The notes: generated from the letters alone by a model not told the origin. DNA of 64,000 nucleotides from an uncultured Candidatus Rokubacteria bacterium (GCA_963762145.1 CAVXJS010000022.1:32001-96000), one strand, 5' to 3'. Numbered from the stretch's first letter, positions 9,203-23,700 are shown. Made by a program: numbers and translations.

Positions 9203-10018
9203 CTAGCGTGTTCCCGTCAGCCGAAGAAACGGCTCAGATCGTGCCCTCTTGCGCGCCAAGCACGGAACCGACGGTGCGTAGTAGAGCCAGGGCAACAATC
9301 GGCTGGATTCTCGTCGAGCGTAGCGCAGCACCCAGTAGGGCCGTCCCGAACGTGACACTCTCTCCGAGATCGACCCGCGGATGTCAATGAGTCGGAACAG
9401 GGTGGCTCTGAACCAATCGACAAACAGTCGACTCGCGGACACGAGGGTGACATACAGACGTTCATAGACGTACCGTGGATCCTTGCCGCAGTGGTAACGA
9501 TCCACGTACACAACGATGGATCCATCGCCATCGATGCATCCACGCGCGAAGTCCGCGAAGTACTGATCCGGGATGGCGAGTAGCCCGATGGATCTGCTCT
9601 TTGCGGGCGAGAGACCAATGCTTTCGATCCACCTGTAGAAGCACCGATCACTCCACTGGACCCGGTGGCATCGACCTCGGGACCCCACCTGCCTCACAGG
9701 TCCTTGAAGCGCCAGACATGCCCGCAGCACATCAAGAAGATCCGGATCCGCGGAGGTCACCGTGAGATGCCGACCATCCTTGGAGAGATTTCCGTCGGTG
9801 GCGAGCAGACCGATCGCGTAGGCGAGCTCGCTCGTCCAACCGTCGATAGCACGCTCACGCGGTCGCGGACCGCGCGAGCGGGGATCGAGACCGTGAGAGC
9901 GAAGCCGACGACGGATGGTCGTTGCACTGCTGCCGAGTCGCTGCGCGATGTCCTCCGCGGTGAAGCGCTGGTCTCCGTATAGCCTCGCGAGCTCCTTCGC
10001 ATCGATCGTCGGCTTCAC
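9203..10018 (-). CDS. Free-standing LAGLIDADG homing-endonuclease-like protein with N-terminal HTH
   Basis: Two motifs, LAYAIGLLATDG and FARGCIDGDG. HTH-like TAEDIAQRLGSSATTIRRRL. GC visibly lower than the flanks. Confidence 0.85.
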   Translation of the reverse strand: MKPTIDAKELARLYGDQRFTAEDIAQRLGSSATTIRRRLRSHGLDPRSRGPRPRERAIDGWTSELAYAIGLLATDGNLSKDGRHLTVTSADPDLLDVLRACLALQGPVRQVGSRGRCHRVQWSDRCFYRWIESIGLSPAKSRSIGLLAIPDQYFADFARGCIDGDGSIVVYVDRYHCGKDPRYVYERLYVTLVSASRLFVDWFRATLFRLIDIRGSISERVSRSGRPYWVLRYARRESSRLLPWLYYAPSVPCLARKRARSEPFLRLTGTR

Positions 10019-10170
10019 CAGGACACCGTCGCCCTCTTGTTCGTTCTCGTCAACGTGTCGCCTTGCGGACCCGGCGCTGTTCCGGTTACCCGGCCTGGTG
10101 TAGGCTAAGTGCTGCTCAACCCTTTGTCGATAGGCTCTCTCATCTGCAACCCATAACCCGGAGGTGGCCC

Positions 10171-10702
<532 letters not shown>

Positions 10703-10726
10703 GCACGTGCGCAAGTATCGTCAATC

Positions 10727-10755
10727 TTGACAAAAGAACGCACGCTCAGTAAGCT
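10727..10755 (+). promoter_or_regulatory. Sigma70 promoter of tRNA-Ala
   Basis: TTGACA-17 nt-TAAGCT. Confidence 0.8.
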
Positions 10756-10767
10756 GGGCGACGCGGT

Positions 10768-10843
10768 GGGGCTGTAGCTCAGTTGGGAGAGCACAAGGCT
10801 GGCAGTCTTGGGGTCAGGGGTTCGAGCCCCCTCAGCTCCACCA
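10768..10843 (+). tRNA. tRNA-Ala(GGC)
   Basis: GGGGCTGTAGCTCAGTTGGGAGAGC start, anticodon loop CTGGCAG, GGTTCGAGCCC, G3:U70 pair, CCA; 76 nt. Confidence 0.96.
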
Positions 10844-10864
10844 AAAATTCCGCGATTCGGGGAA

Positions 10865-10902
10865 ACGGGGCAGGCGAGCCGTCAAGGCATCGCCTGCCCC
10901 GT
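10865..10902. terminator. GC-rich hairpin between convergent tRNA-Ala and the TPP enzyme gene
   Basis: ACGGGGCAGGCGA...TCGCCTGCCCCGT, 13-bp outer stem. Confidence 0.7.
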
Positions 10903-10918
10903 AGTCTTTCCGGTCACC

Positions 10919-12564
10919 CTACCGCAGCACCCCGCGGTTCGAGAAGCGCGTCTCCTGGCTGGTGATGAACTCGAGCAGCGCCGCCTGCCCGCCCTCGGTG
11001 GCCTCCGGGCCCGGGCGAACGCGCCCGCGATGTCCTCGGGCCGCTCGACCCGCTCGCTCCAGCCGCCCATGGCGCGCCCCAGGTCCGCGTAGCGGCCGCC
11101 GATGTCGCGCGTGCCGTACTTGTCGTGGGACACCACGAGGTGCGGGATCTCGATGGCCATCGCCGAGTTGTTGAGCACCACGGTCAGAATGGGGATCCCG
11201 CAGCGCACCGCCGTCTCGAAATCGAGCCCGGTCATGCCGAAGGCGGCGTCGCCCATGAAGTTGACGCAGAACTTGTCGGGGGCGGCGAGCTTGGCGCCGA
11301 TGATGAGGCCGAGCCCGGTGCCGAGGGCGTGCGACTTGCCCCAGCCGAGGTAGCCGCGGGGCGAGACGGCGCGGTAGAAGGGCAGGAGCTGGTCGCGCGG
11401 GCTTCCCGAGTCGTGCGTGACGATCGCTTCACGCGGGTTCACGGCGCGCATGAACTCGGCGATGACCCGATAGGGGGTCATCGGGACCTCGGCCGAGCCC
11501 AGCGTCGGCGCCCATTCGCCGAGCCACGCCGCGCGCACGCGCTCGAGCTCCGCGCGCACCCCTTCCCGGCCGGCCGGGCGGCCGCCCTGGCTCTTGACCG
11601 CCTCGATGAACTGGCGCAGCACGAGGCGGGCGTCGCCCAGGAGCGGGTAGTCCGCGACGTAGCTCTTGTTGAGATCGCGCTCGTCGTTGGTCGCGTGGAT
11701 GAGCGTCTTGCCGGCGGGGATGGCCGTCGCCATGCCGTGCCGGGTGAAGCTGCACCCGATGCCGAAGACCACGTCCGCCTCGCGGAGATACTGCAGCGTG
11801 TGCCCGGTCACGACCGGACCGCCCGTCCCGAGCGCGAGCGCGTGATCCTCCGGGAAGGCGCTCTTGCCCTCGAGCGTGACCATGACCGGCGCCTGGAGCA
11901 GCTCGGCCAGCTCGAGCAGGTCATCCGATGCCTCCGAGTACAGCACCCCCTGGCCGGCGTGGATCACCGGGCGGCGCGCCTCCCGGAGCACGCGGGCGGC
12001 CGTCTCGACTTCTCGCGCGTTCGCGCCCGCGGCGGTCACCTTGACCGGCCGGTACGCCTCGATGATGGCGTCCGGCACCTCCTCGTTCACGACGTCGGCG
12101 GGAATCTCGACCATCGCGGGACCCGGACGGCCCATCCGCATCACGCTGATGGCGCGGCGCATGACGTCGGCGACCTGGCTACCCACCGTGATGGTCTCGA
12201 CCGACTTGGTCACCGACGCGAAGGTCCGAGCCGAGCTGAACAGGGGGAAGACCTGGGCCCGGTCACGCTGATGGCCGAGCGGCAGCAGCAGCATCGGCGT
12301 GGAGTCGGAGTACGCGGTCGCGACGCCGGGGAAGGCGTTCTCGGCCCCGGGGCCATATTGCATGCAAAACGCGGCGAGCGTCTTGCCATTCTTGACCCGG
12401 GCATAGCCGTCGGCGATGCCGACGCCCACCCGCTCCTGGCGGCAGAGCACGGGGCGGATCTCGGCCTTGGCCGCGGCCTCGATCAGCGGCGTCGTCGGAT
12501 AGGCGCTCAGGAACTCGGCGCCCTCGGTCTTGAGGATGCGGGCGATGGCATCGATGACTTTCAC
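10919..12564 (-). CDS. Thiamine-pyrophosphate-dependent enzyme (acetolactate synthase-like); frameshift near the C-terminus
   Basis: CRQERVGVGIADGY, QYGPGAEN, GDAAFGM...LNN TPP motif. Confidence 0.88.
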
Positions 12565-13475
12565 GGCGGGCTCTCCTTGTCGTCACTCTCCCGCTGACGG
12601 CGCAGGAAGTCCTCGACGTCTCGCATCAGCCGGTCCGAGTCGAGCTCGCCAGCGGGCAGCGGTGGCTGCTCCTCGCCCACCGCGGCGTCGTACTCCTGCT
12701 CCAGCTTCCGCACGTGCTCTCGGGTGGCGCGGTCCCGAGCGACCGCCTGATCGCACTGGACGCGGAACTCCTGGATGGCCTCGGCGAAATGCGACATGTC
12801 CGGGCTCAGGTTGAGCAAGCGGGCCGTGTAGGCCACCAGGGTCTCGATCGCGGCCGGATTCTCGGAATCCGGGAGGTAGTGCGGCGCTTGCCCCATGAAG
12901 CCGACATGCTGCATGCCCTGTCGCTCCGCCGCGTCCAGGATGACCGTGGTGATACCGGTCGGGCCTTCGTAGGTTGGCGGACGATAGATGCCCCAGGCTT
13001 CGAGCATCTCCTTTGCGGCGGGGTCGGTGCAGCGAGCCGTGACCCGCACGGGTCGCGTATGAGGCGCGCCCGCCAGGAGGGCTCCGAGCGAGACGATCCG
13101 CTTCACCCCGCAGCGCTCGGCCACGTCGAGGAACGCCTTCGTGTAGGTCTGCCACCGCTGGTGGGGCTCCGGGCCGCAGAACAGGAGGAGACCGTCCCGT
13201 TCGTCTCCGGGATGCCACGCAAAGAACTCGCTGCGTGGCCAGTGGAGGTCGCGCCCTCCGTCGGGCCTCAACCGCACCTCGGGCCGCTCCTGGGTGAACA
13301 CGAAGAACTCCTCGGGGTTGATCCGCGCCAGCCGCGAGGCCGGGAGGTCACGGACCAGGTGACGCAAGGCGCCCGTAGCCGCCCGGCCGGCGTCGATCCA
13401 TCCCCCGAACGCCATGACCATCGTGGTCAAGTTGGCGGCCGGCGCGCCGTCGAACTCTACGTTGTCCATGCGCAT
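12561..13475 (-). CDS. PAC2-family (proteasome assembly chaperone-like) protein
   Basis: AFGGWIDAGRAA, GPEPHQRW, GALLAGAPHTRP, YEGPTGI, APHYL. Confidence 0.85.
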   Translation of the reverse strand: MRMDNVEFDGAPAANLTTMVMAFGGWIDAGRAATGALRHLVRDLPASRLARINPEEFFVFTQERPEVRLRPDGGRDLHWPRSEFFAWHPGDERDGLLLFCGPEPHQRWQTYTKAFLDVAERCGVKRIVSLGALLAGAPHTRPVRVTARCTDPAAKEMLEAWGIYRPPTYEGPTGITTVILDAAERQGMQHVGFMGQAPHYLPDSENPAAIETLVAYTARLLNLSPDMSHFAEAIQEFRVQCDQAVARDRATREHVRKLEQEYDAAVGEEQPPLPAGELDSDRLMRDVEDFLRRQRESDDKESPP

Positions 13476-13660
13476 CCTCTCGGCGGGACCGACTGTCGCA
13501 TCTGCCGCGCATGATAGCGGGGCCGTGGAGGGCGCACAAGGTCAAGCGCTTCACCTTGACGTTTCCTCCCGCGCGCGTCACGCTCACGTGATCCGGAGGT
13601 GGCGCCGCCGTGCTAGCCTCGCAGGGCGCTCAGGCGCGTCATCACCGGCAGGAGGTGCCC

Positions 13661-16241
<2,581 letters not shown>

Positions 16242-16244
16242 GCG

Positions 16245-17640
16245 ATGCCCTACGACTTCGATCTGATCTGCATCGGAAGCGGCCCCGCCGGCCAGCGCGC
16301 CGCGGTGCAGGCGTCCAAGCTCGGCCGCCGGGCCGCCGTCGTCGAGAAGCGGCGGTGCGTGGGGGGCGCGTGCATCGACACCGGCACCATCCCGAGCAAG
16401 ACCCTGCGAGAGGCGGTGGTGACGTTCTCGGGCCTGGCGGGAAAGGGCGACCGCCTGCCGTGGGCGCGCCTCGACACGCGCCCGACCTGCCAGCAGCTCT
16501 TCGCGGGGGTGGACAGCGTGATCGCCCGCGAGGTCGAGGTGATCGAGAGCCAGCTCCGGCGGAACGACGTCACCATCCTGTCCGGGACGGCGTCGTTCGT
16601 CGATCCGCACACCCTGGCGATCGACGCCGGTGACAGCCGGCGGCAGGTCACCGCCGAGCACATCCTGATCGCGGTCGGCACCGAGCCCGCGCCCTCGCCG
16701 GGCGTCAAGCGCGACGGCGAGGTGATCCTCGACACCGACGACATGGTCCGCCTGAAGCAGCTCCCGCGCACGATGTGTGTGGTGGGCGCGGGGGTGATCG
16801 GCATCGAGTACACGTCGATCCTCGCCGCCCTCGGGGTGGCGGTGACGCTGGTGGAGCGGCGGGACCGGCCGCTCGAGTTCCTCGACCGCGAGATCGTGGA
16901 CGAGCTGCTCCACCAGATGCGCAGCCGGAACGTGACGCTTCGCCTAGGCGAGGCGGTGGAGCACATCGACCTCGCGGAAGGCCCGCCGAGGAAGGCGGTC
17001 CTCACCCTCGAATCGGGCAAGCGGATCGTCTCGGACTCGGTCCTCTTCTCGGCCGGCCGCCTCGCAGCCACCGAGGCCCTGAACCTGGGGGCCGCGGGCC
17101 TCGAGGCCGACGAGCGCGGGCGGGTGCGCGTGGATGCGCGCTTCCGCACCGCGGTGCCCCACGTCTTCGCGGCGGGAGACGTGATCGGCTACCCGAGCCT
17201 CGCCGCGACCTCGTCCGAGCAGGGTCGCCTGGCCGCCTGCGCGGCGTTCGGCGTCGACGCGGGCCCGATGGCGGCGCATTTCCCCATCGGCATCTACGCG
17301 ATCCCCGAGATCTCGATGGTGGGCGCCCCCGAGCACGAGCTGACCAAGCAGAGGATCCCCTACGAGGTGGGCGTGGCCCGGTACCGCGAGATCGCGCGTG
17401 GTCAGATCCTGGGCGACCACGCCGGCATGTTCAAGATGCTGTTCCACCGCGAGGACCGCCGCCTCCTCGGAGTGCACTGCATCGGCACCGGTGCCACCGA
17501 GCTGATCCACATCGGCCAGGCCGTGCTCGGCCTGGGCGGCGGGATTGGACTATTTCCTGAGCACGGTCTTCAACTATCCGACCCTCGCCGAGTGCTACAA
17601 GGTGGCGGCGCTCGACGCCTCGAACCGGCTGCGATTCTGA
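16245..17640 (+). CDS. sthA: Soluble pyridine nucleotide transhydrogenase (frameshift near 17550)
   Basis: [38 protein letters not shown]-terminal [12 protein letters not shown] in the shifted frame. Confidence 0.92.
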
Positions 17641-17650
17641 GGGCGCGCGG

Positions 17651-18475
17651 TCAGCCCTGCATGAAGCCGGAGAGGTCCGCGGAGCTGACCCCCCGGTCCA
17701 CGTAGCCGAAGGTGCCGCCCTCCTTCACCTCGCGCGCCGCCTCGATGAGGCCGCTCATGGCGGTGCGATAGAGCGAGGTCGCGAGGCTGATCCGCTTCAC
17801 GCCCGCCGCGGTCAGCTCGGTCGCGGTGAACGACTTGCCCTTGATGCCCACCATGAAGTTGACCGGCTTCTTGACCGCGGCGCAGACCGCGCGGACCGCG
17901 GCCAGGTCGGGCAGGCCCGGCGCCATGAGCACGTCCGCGCCCGCCTGCTCGAACGCCTGCAGCCGGCGGATCACGTCGTCCAGGTTCGGGTTGCCCCGCA
18001 GGAAGCTCTCGGTGCGCGCGGTCAGCGTGAAGGGAAAGCCGAGCGAGCGCGCCGTCGCCACCGCGGCGGCCACCCGCTCGGTGGCGACCGCGGCGTCGAA
18101 GAGCGGCTTGTCCTTGTTGCCGGTGGCGTCCTCGATGGAGCCGCCCACCAGGCCCACCGAGGCGGCGAGCCGGATGGTCTCGGCCGCCTCGGCCGGCGCG
18201 TCCGCGAAGCACTTCTCGAGATCGGCGCTCACCGGGAGGTCGGTCGCCTCCACGATGGCGCGGCAGTGCGCGAGCGCCTCCGCGCGCGTCACCTTGCCGT
18301 CGCGGCGGCCGAGCGTGCCGGCCTCGGCGCCGCTGGAGGTGGCGAGCGCCTGGAAGCCGAGCGCGGCGAGGATGCGCGCCGAGCCGGCGTCCCAGGGATT
18401 CGGTATCACGAACGCGCCCGGCGCCTCGTGCAGCGCGCGGAACCGGGCCGCCTTGTCGCTCTGGCTCACGGGCAT
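17651..18475 (-). CDS. Isocitrate lyase/PEP mutase family protein
   Basis: PNPWDAGSAR, ALATSSG, PVSADLE, GSIED. Confidence 0.88.
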   Translation of the reverse strand: MPVSQSDKAARFRALHEAPGAFVIPNPWDAGSARILAALGFQALATSSGAEAGTLGRRDGKVTRAEALAHCRAIVEATDLPVSADLEKCFADAPAEAAETIRLAASVGLVGGSIEDATGNKDKPLFDAAVATERVAAAVATARSLGFPFTLTARTESFLRGNPNLDDVIRRLQAFEQAGADVLMAPGLPDLAAVRAVCAAVKKPVNFMVGIKGKSFTATELTAAGVKRISLATSLYRTAMSGLIEAAREVKEGGTFGYVDRGVSSADLSGFMQG

Positions 18476-18485
18476 GGGCTCTCCT

Positions 18486-19049
18486 CTACGACTTCTTGCG
18501 CGGGGGAACGACCCAGTAGTAGACGGTGTGCTCACCGTCGGACAGGTGGAGCTTGATGGTCTTCTCCGGCTTCCAGTCTTCCATGTCGTAGTTGTGCGAG
18601 ACGATCCGGGTCCCGGGCCGTAGGGCGAGCAGCTTCGGGCGCAGCTTCATGTTCACCGCGGGCAGCAGGTAGAGGGTCACCACGGTGGCGTCGCTGATTT
18701 CCGCCTCGAAGATGTCGCCCTCCACGAACTTTGCGAGCTGGCTCACTCCCGCCTTCTCCGCGTTCTCGCGGGCCTCGCGGACCAGCGCGGGGACCAGCTC
18801 GATCCCGGTGCCGCGCGTCCCGAACTTCTTGGCCGCGGTGATCACGATCCGCCCGTCTCCCGAGCCCAGGTCGTAGAGCACGTCGGCCTTCTTGACGTTC
18901 GCGACCTTCAGCATCTCGGCCACCACCTTCTCGTGGGTGGGCACGTAGGGAACGTCCGGCGTCTTCTCGGCCGGGGTCTGGGCGGTCGCGGTGACGACCG
19001 CGGCGAGGATCAGGGCGAGGAACGGCACGGGGAAATGAGTGATCCGCAT
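18486..19049 (-). CDS. Class I SAM-dependent methyltransferase with N-terminal signal peptide
   Basis: DVPYVPT, YDLGSGDGRI, VTLYLLP. Hydrophobic N-terminus ending in ATA-Q. Confidence 0.85.
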   Translation of the reverse strand: MRITHFPVPFLALILAAVVTATAQTPAEKTPDVPYVPTHEKVVAEMLKVANVKKADVLYDLGSGDGRIVITAAKKFGTRGTGIELVPALVREARENAEKAGVSQLAKFVEGDIFEAEISDATVVTLYLLPAVNMKLRPKLLALRPGTRIVSHNYDMEDWKPEKTIKLHLSDGEHTVYYWVVPPRKKS

Positions 19050-19050
19050 G

Positions 19051-20411
19051 TCAGTCGTCTCCTTTTATGTCCGGCTGGGTGATGGCGGCTCGTCCCATCA
19101 AGACGAGGACGAGCGCGCCGGCCGCCACCACCGCCACCCCCACGATCGAGCCCGTCCCGCTATAGACGAGGCTGGCGTAGAGCAGATAGGCGCAGGTGGC
19201 GCAGAACACGAGCGGCGTGATCGGATAGAGGGGCACCGTGAACGGCCGCGCCACGTCCGGCTCCCGGCGCCGCAGCACGAGCAGCGAGACGCCGGTGAGG
19301 AGGAAGAACAGCCAGAACACGGGCGCGGTGAACTCCACCATGGTCTCGAACCCCTCGCGCATGAATCCGCCGAGGAGGATCAGGGCGAGGGCGAGCGCTC
19401 CCTGGACCACGAGCGCGTTGACCGGCGTCCCCGACCGGCGATGCCAGCGGCCGAGAAAGGCGAGCGGCCGGAAGTCCCGTCCGAGGGCGTAGGCGGTGCG
19501 GGCGCCGGTGAACACCGCCGCGTTCACCGAGGTGGCGGCCGCGACCGCGATCAGCACGCTGACCACCCACGCGCTCCCCGCCCCGACCGCGCGCGCCAGG
19601 AGATCGGCGGCCACCGTCTTGGACTCCGCCACGCCCGGCGAGCCCGAGGCCGCGCAGGTACGCCACGTTCACGAGCAGGTAGAGCGCGGTGATCGCCACG
19701 ATGCCCCACACCAGGGCCCGGACGATGCTTCCCCGGGGCCCGCGGATCTCCGCGGAGGCGTAGGCCGCCTCGTTCCATCCCCCGTAGGTGAGCAGTACGA
19801 AGACCATCATGAGCCCGAATCCCTGGCCGGAGGCCGCGGCCGGTCGGAGCCGTGGGCGGCGAGGACGGCGGTGTCGAGCACGAACCCCGCGGCGATCACG
19901 AGGAGCAAGCCCGCGACCTCGGCGCCGGTGAGCACATTCTGGATGAGCCGTCCCTGGCGGACGCCGACGACGTGGACTCCGGTGATGAGCGCGACGGTGA
20001 GCGCCGCGTAGACGGTCGGCGAGGACGGCGCCGAGCGGCGCGAGCTGGGTGGCGTAGTCGCCGATGACGAAGGCGAGCAGCGCGATGGACCCGGTCTGGA
20101 TCACGGTGATGCGCGCCCACGCGAAGAGAAAGGCCAGGCGCATGCCGAAGGCGCGCGCCAGATAGTGATAGTCCCCACCCGGGCTCGGATAGGCCGAGGC
20201 CAGCTCCGCGTAGCAGAGCGCGCCGATGAGCGAGATCGCGCCACCCACCGCCCAGGCGCCGAGCGCCGCCGCCTCGCTCGGTCGCGTTGGCCGCGACCAG
20301 GGACGGGGTCCGGAAGATGCCCGCGCCCACGACCGTGCCCACGATGATCGCCACGACGTCGATCACACGGAGCGTCGGACGATAGGTGGGGTCCCGGCGG
20401 GCGGCCAGCAT
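19051..20411 (-). CDS. APC-family amino acid permease (frameshifts)
   Basis: VGTVVGAGIF, CYAELASAYPSPGGDY, TYGGWNEAAY, RPFTVPLYP. Confidence 0.88.
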
Positions 20412-20511
20412 GATCGGCATAGCTTATACCGGAACGCGGCGACCGCAACGAGTGCCCTGTCCGAGATTCTGGACATTGTGCCGGCCCCGCGCGCCCCCCT
20501 ACGATCCGCCC

Positions 20512-20766
20512 ATGATCAAGACGGGGCGCGTCGAGTTCTACGACCGGCCCACCGCGTGGGGCCTGATCGTCGGCGACGATCAGGATCTCTACGTAGTCCG
20601 GGGCCGGGACGGGCGCGGGGCGGCGCCCCGGGTCGGCGAGCGGGTAGCGTTCGAGCCGCAGGCGGGCACCGACGGTAAGCGCGCGACGGAGGTACGGCTG
20701 GTGGGGCGCGGCCTCACGCCGCTCGGGCGCGAGTCCGCGCCGGCCGGGGTCAGGCCCCTCCGATGA
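20512..20766 (+). CDS. Divergent cold-shock-domain-like small protein
   Basis: KTGRVEFYDRPTAWGLI...GERVAFE...GKRATEVR follows the CspA layout. Confidence 0.6.
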   Translation: MIKTGRVEFYDRPTAWGLIVGDDQDLYVVRGRDGRGAAPRVGERVAFEPQAGTDGKRATEVRLVGRGLTPLGRESAPAGVRPLR

Positions 20767-23700
20767 TCTCCGGAACGACCGCGAACCCGCGCGTGCGGAT
20801 GGACTCGTCCACGCGGAACTGGCGCCGCCGGTCGGCGGATCGCCGCTCGCCGTCGGTGGCCTCCGCGCGCTCCCGCCGCTCGCCGTGACGCCGGTCGAGG
20901 ATCACGGTGACCGGCTCGCCCGCGTACTCGCGCTTGAGATAGTCGTAGAGCTGGATGTTGTGGCGCGCCACCACGAACAGGTGACCGAGATGCAGCAGCT
21001 CCTCGGCGGCCCGCGACAGCCAGAAGCGCATGTCCATCTCGCGCAGCAGGCCGAGCGCGGTGGCCAGGTGATCCTCCGCGCGCTCGCGGTCGCCCGACAG
21101 GCGCAGGATCCGCCCCAGCCCCAGGTGGGTGCGCGCCTGCAGCGGGCGCATCTCGAGCTCCTCGGCCACGCCGGAGCGCCTGGCCGTAGTAGCCTTCCGC
21201 CTCGCCCACCGCGGTCGGGTCGCTCAGCGCGGCGAGCTCGCCCATCAGCCGCAGCGCGCCGGCCTGGTGGCCGCGCTCCTTGTGCCGCAGCGCCAGGTCG
21301 AGCGCGCGCTGGGCCACGGTCCGGGCCCGGTCGAGCTGCCCGGCGGCGGCCAGGCCCTCGCCCAGGTTCGTGGTCCAGAGCGCGAGGTAGGCACGCACGC
21401 CGAGCTCTTCGGTCAGCGTCACCCCGTCCTCGAGCAGGCGCATGCCTTCCTCGCGCCGGCCGAGCAGCACGAGCGTGAGGCCCAGGAGCGAGGAGGGGAT
21501 CGGCCGCCAGACGTCGAGGCTCTTCTCGCGGCAGGCGTCGAGGCTCCGCTGCAGCGCGGGCAGCGCGCGCTCGAGCTGGCCGCGGCGGAGCCAGGCCAGC
21601 CCGGCCATGGTCCGCGCGATGGTCTGGCGTGTACGCGTGGCCGCTCGCCTCGCCGGCGCGCTGCGCCTTGTCGAGGGACAGGGCGGCGGCGTCGAACTCG
21701 CCGATCTCGGCCAGGGTGAAGGCGAGCCAGCCGCTCGAGGTGACGTAGGAGACGCCGGCCTGCCCGCCCGGGGTCTCGCCCTGCACCAGCTCGAGCGCCT
21801 CCACGTTCTCGCGCAGGGTCGAGTGCGCGCGACGGTACAGGCCCTGCGCGTGGCAGCTGTAGCCCAGGTAGCTGCGGGCCAGCGCCTGCAGCGCCGCGTC
21901 GCCGGCCGCGTCGCCGATGCGCAGGCAGCGCTCGCCGTACTCGATGGCCAGGTCGGGCTCGCCCTTGAGGTAGTGGTAGTTGATCAGGTAGGTGTACACG
22001 CGCGCCAGCCGCTGCTCGTCGCCGAGCTTCTCGGCCATCGCCTCCGCTTCCTGCGAGAGCGTCAGCACGCGCTCGAGCTGGCCGAGCTGGAGGAGCGGCG
22101 AGCGCAGGTCCAGGCGCAGGTCGATCGCCTGCTCGGTGGCGGGCCGGCCCTCGGGCAGCCGGCCGAGCGCCGCCATCGCCTGCTCGAAGAAGATGACCGC
22201 CTCGCGATTGGCGGAGCGCGCCGCCGCCTTGGTCCCGGCCTGGCGGAGGTAGGCCACCGCCTTCGTCCACACCTCGCCGCGCACCGCGTGGTGGGCGAGG
22301 CGCTCGAAGTGCTCGGGCAGCCGGTCCGCGTAGAGGTGCTCCATCGCCTGCACCACGCGACCGTGCAGGGCCCGCCGGCGATCCTGCAGCAGGCTCGAGT
22401 AGGCCACCTCGTGGGTCAGGGCGTGGCGGAAGGTGTACTCCACGCTCGGGAACAGGCTGATCTCGTACAGGAACTCGCCGGCCTGGAGCAGGCTCAGGTT
22501 GCGGCGCACCGTCTCCTCCGAGAGGTCGGCGATCTCCTGCAGCAGCGCCAGCGACACGTCCTTGCCGATGACCGCGGCGGCCTGCAGCAGCCGCTTGCTC
22601 TCGATGGGGAGGCGGTCGATGCGCGCGGCGAGCACCGCCTGCACGGTGGCCGGCACCTGGACCTTCTGCACCTCGCGGGTCAGGCGGTAGTGCCCGGGCG
22701 TGCCCGCGAGCACCTTGGTCTCGGCCAGCGTGCGCACGCTCTCCTCGATGAAGAACGGGTTGCCCTCGGTCCGCTCGATCAGGAGCTGCTTGAGCGGGCC
22801 CAGGCCGGGGTCGTCGCCCATCAGCGCGCGCAGCAGCTCCTCCGAGCTCTGGGGCGGGAGCGGGTCGATCCGGAACTGGGTGTAGTAGCTCTTGCGCGCC
22901 CACCCGTGCTGGTACTCGGGGCGGTAGCTCACGAGCACGAGCGCGCGGGCCAGCGGCAGGCTGTCCACGAGGCTGTCGAGGAAGGCCTGGCTCTCCGAGT
23001 CCAGCCAGTGGAGGTTCTCGAACACCAGGAGCACCGGCTGCACCTGGCCCTCCCGGAGAATGAGCCGCTTGACCGCGTCGAGCATGCGCTGGCGGCGCTG
23101 CGGCAGGTCCGGGGTCTGCCACTCCGCGTCGTCGACCGGCACGTCGAGGAGCTGGAGGAACGCGGGCAGGGTGGGCCGCAGGCTCTCGTCGAGCGTCAGG
23201 AGCTTGCCGGTGACTTTCTCGCGAACCCGCCGGACGTCGTCGCGCTCCTCGAGGTGGAAGTAGTTCTGGAGGAGCTCCTTGACCGTGCAGGTAGGAGGTG
23301 TTCTTGCCGTAGGAGGTGGCCTGCGCCTCCATCATGAGCCAGCCGTGCGCGCGATGGGAGTGGGTGAACTCCCAGAACAGGCGCGACTTGCCCACCCCCG
23401 GCTCGCCCGACACCGCCACCACCTGGCCGTGGCCGGCCGCGCGCGCGCGCCATCGCCTGGTGGAGCGCGTCCACCTCGGCCTCGCGGCCCACGAACGGCG
23501 TGAGGCCGCGCGCGGCGCTGGCCTGCAGGCGCGAGTGCACCTGCTCGGAGCGGACCAGCTCGAAGACCTCGACCGGCTCCGGCATGCCCTTCACCGGCAC
23601 CGGCCCGAGCGGCCTTGACCTCCACGTAGCCCTCGGCCAGCCGGAGCGTCTCGCGCGAGATCAGCGATCGAGCCGGGACGCGCGAGCTGCTCCATGCGCG

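Noticed and set aside
9203-10018. Intein or tRNA group I intron around the LAGLIDADG ORF
   Set aside because: No Cys/Ser N-terminal block or His-Asn terminus, no host extein, and the tRNA is contiguous and complete.
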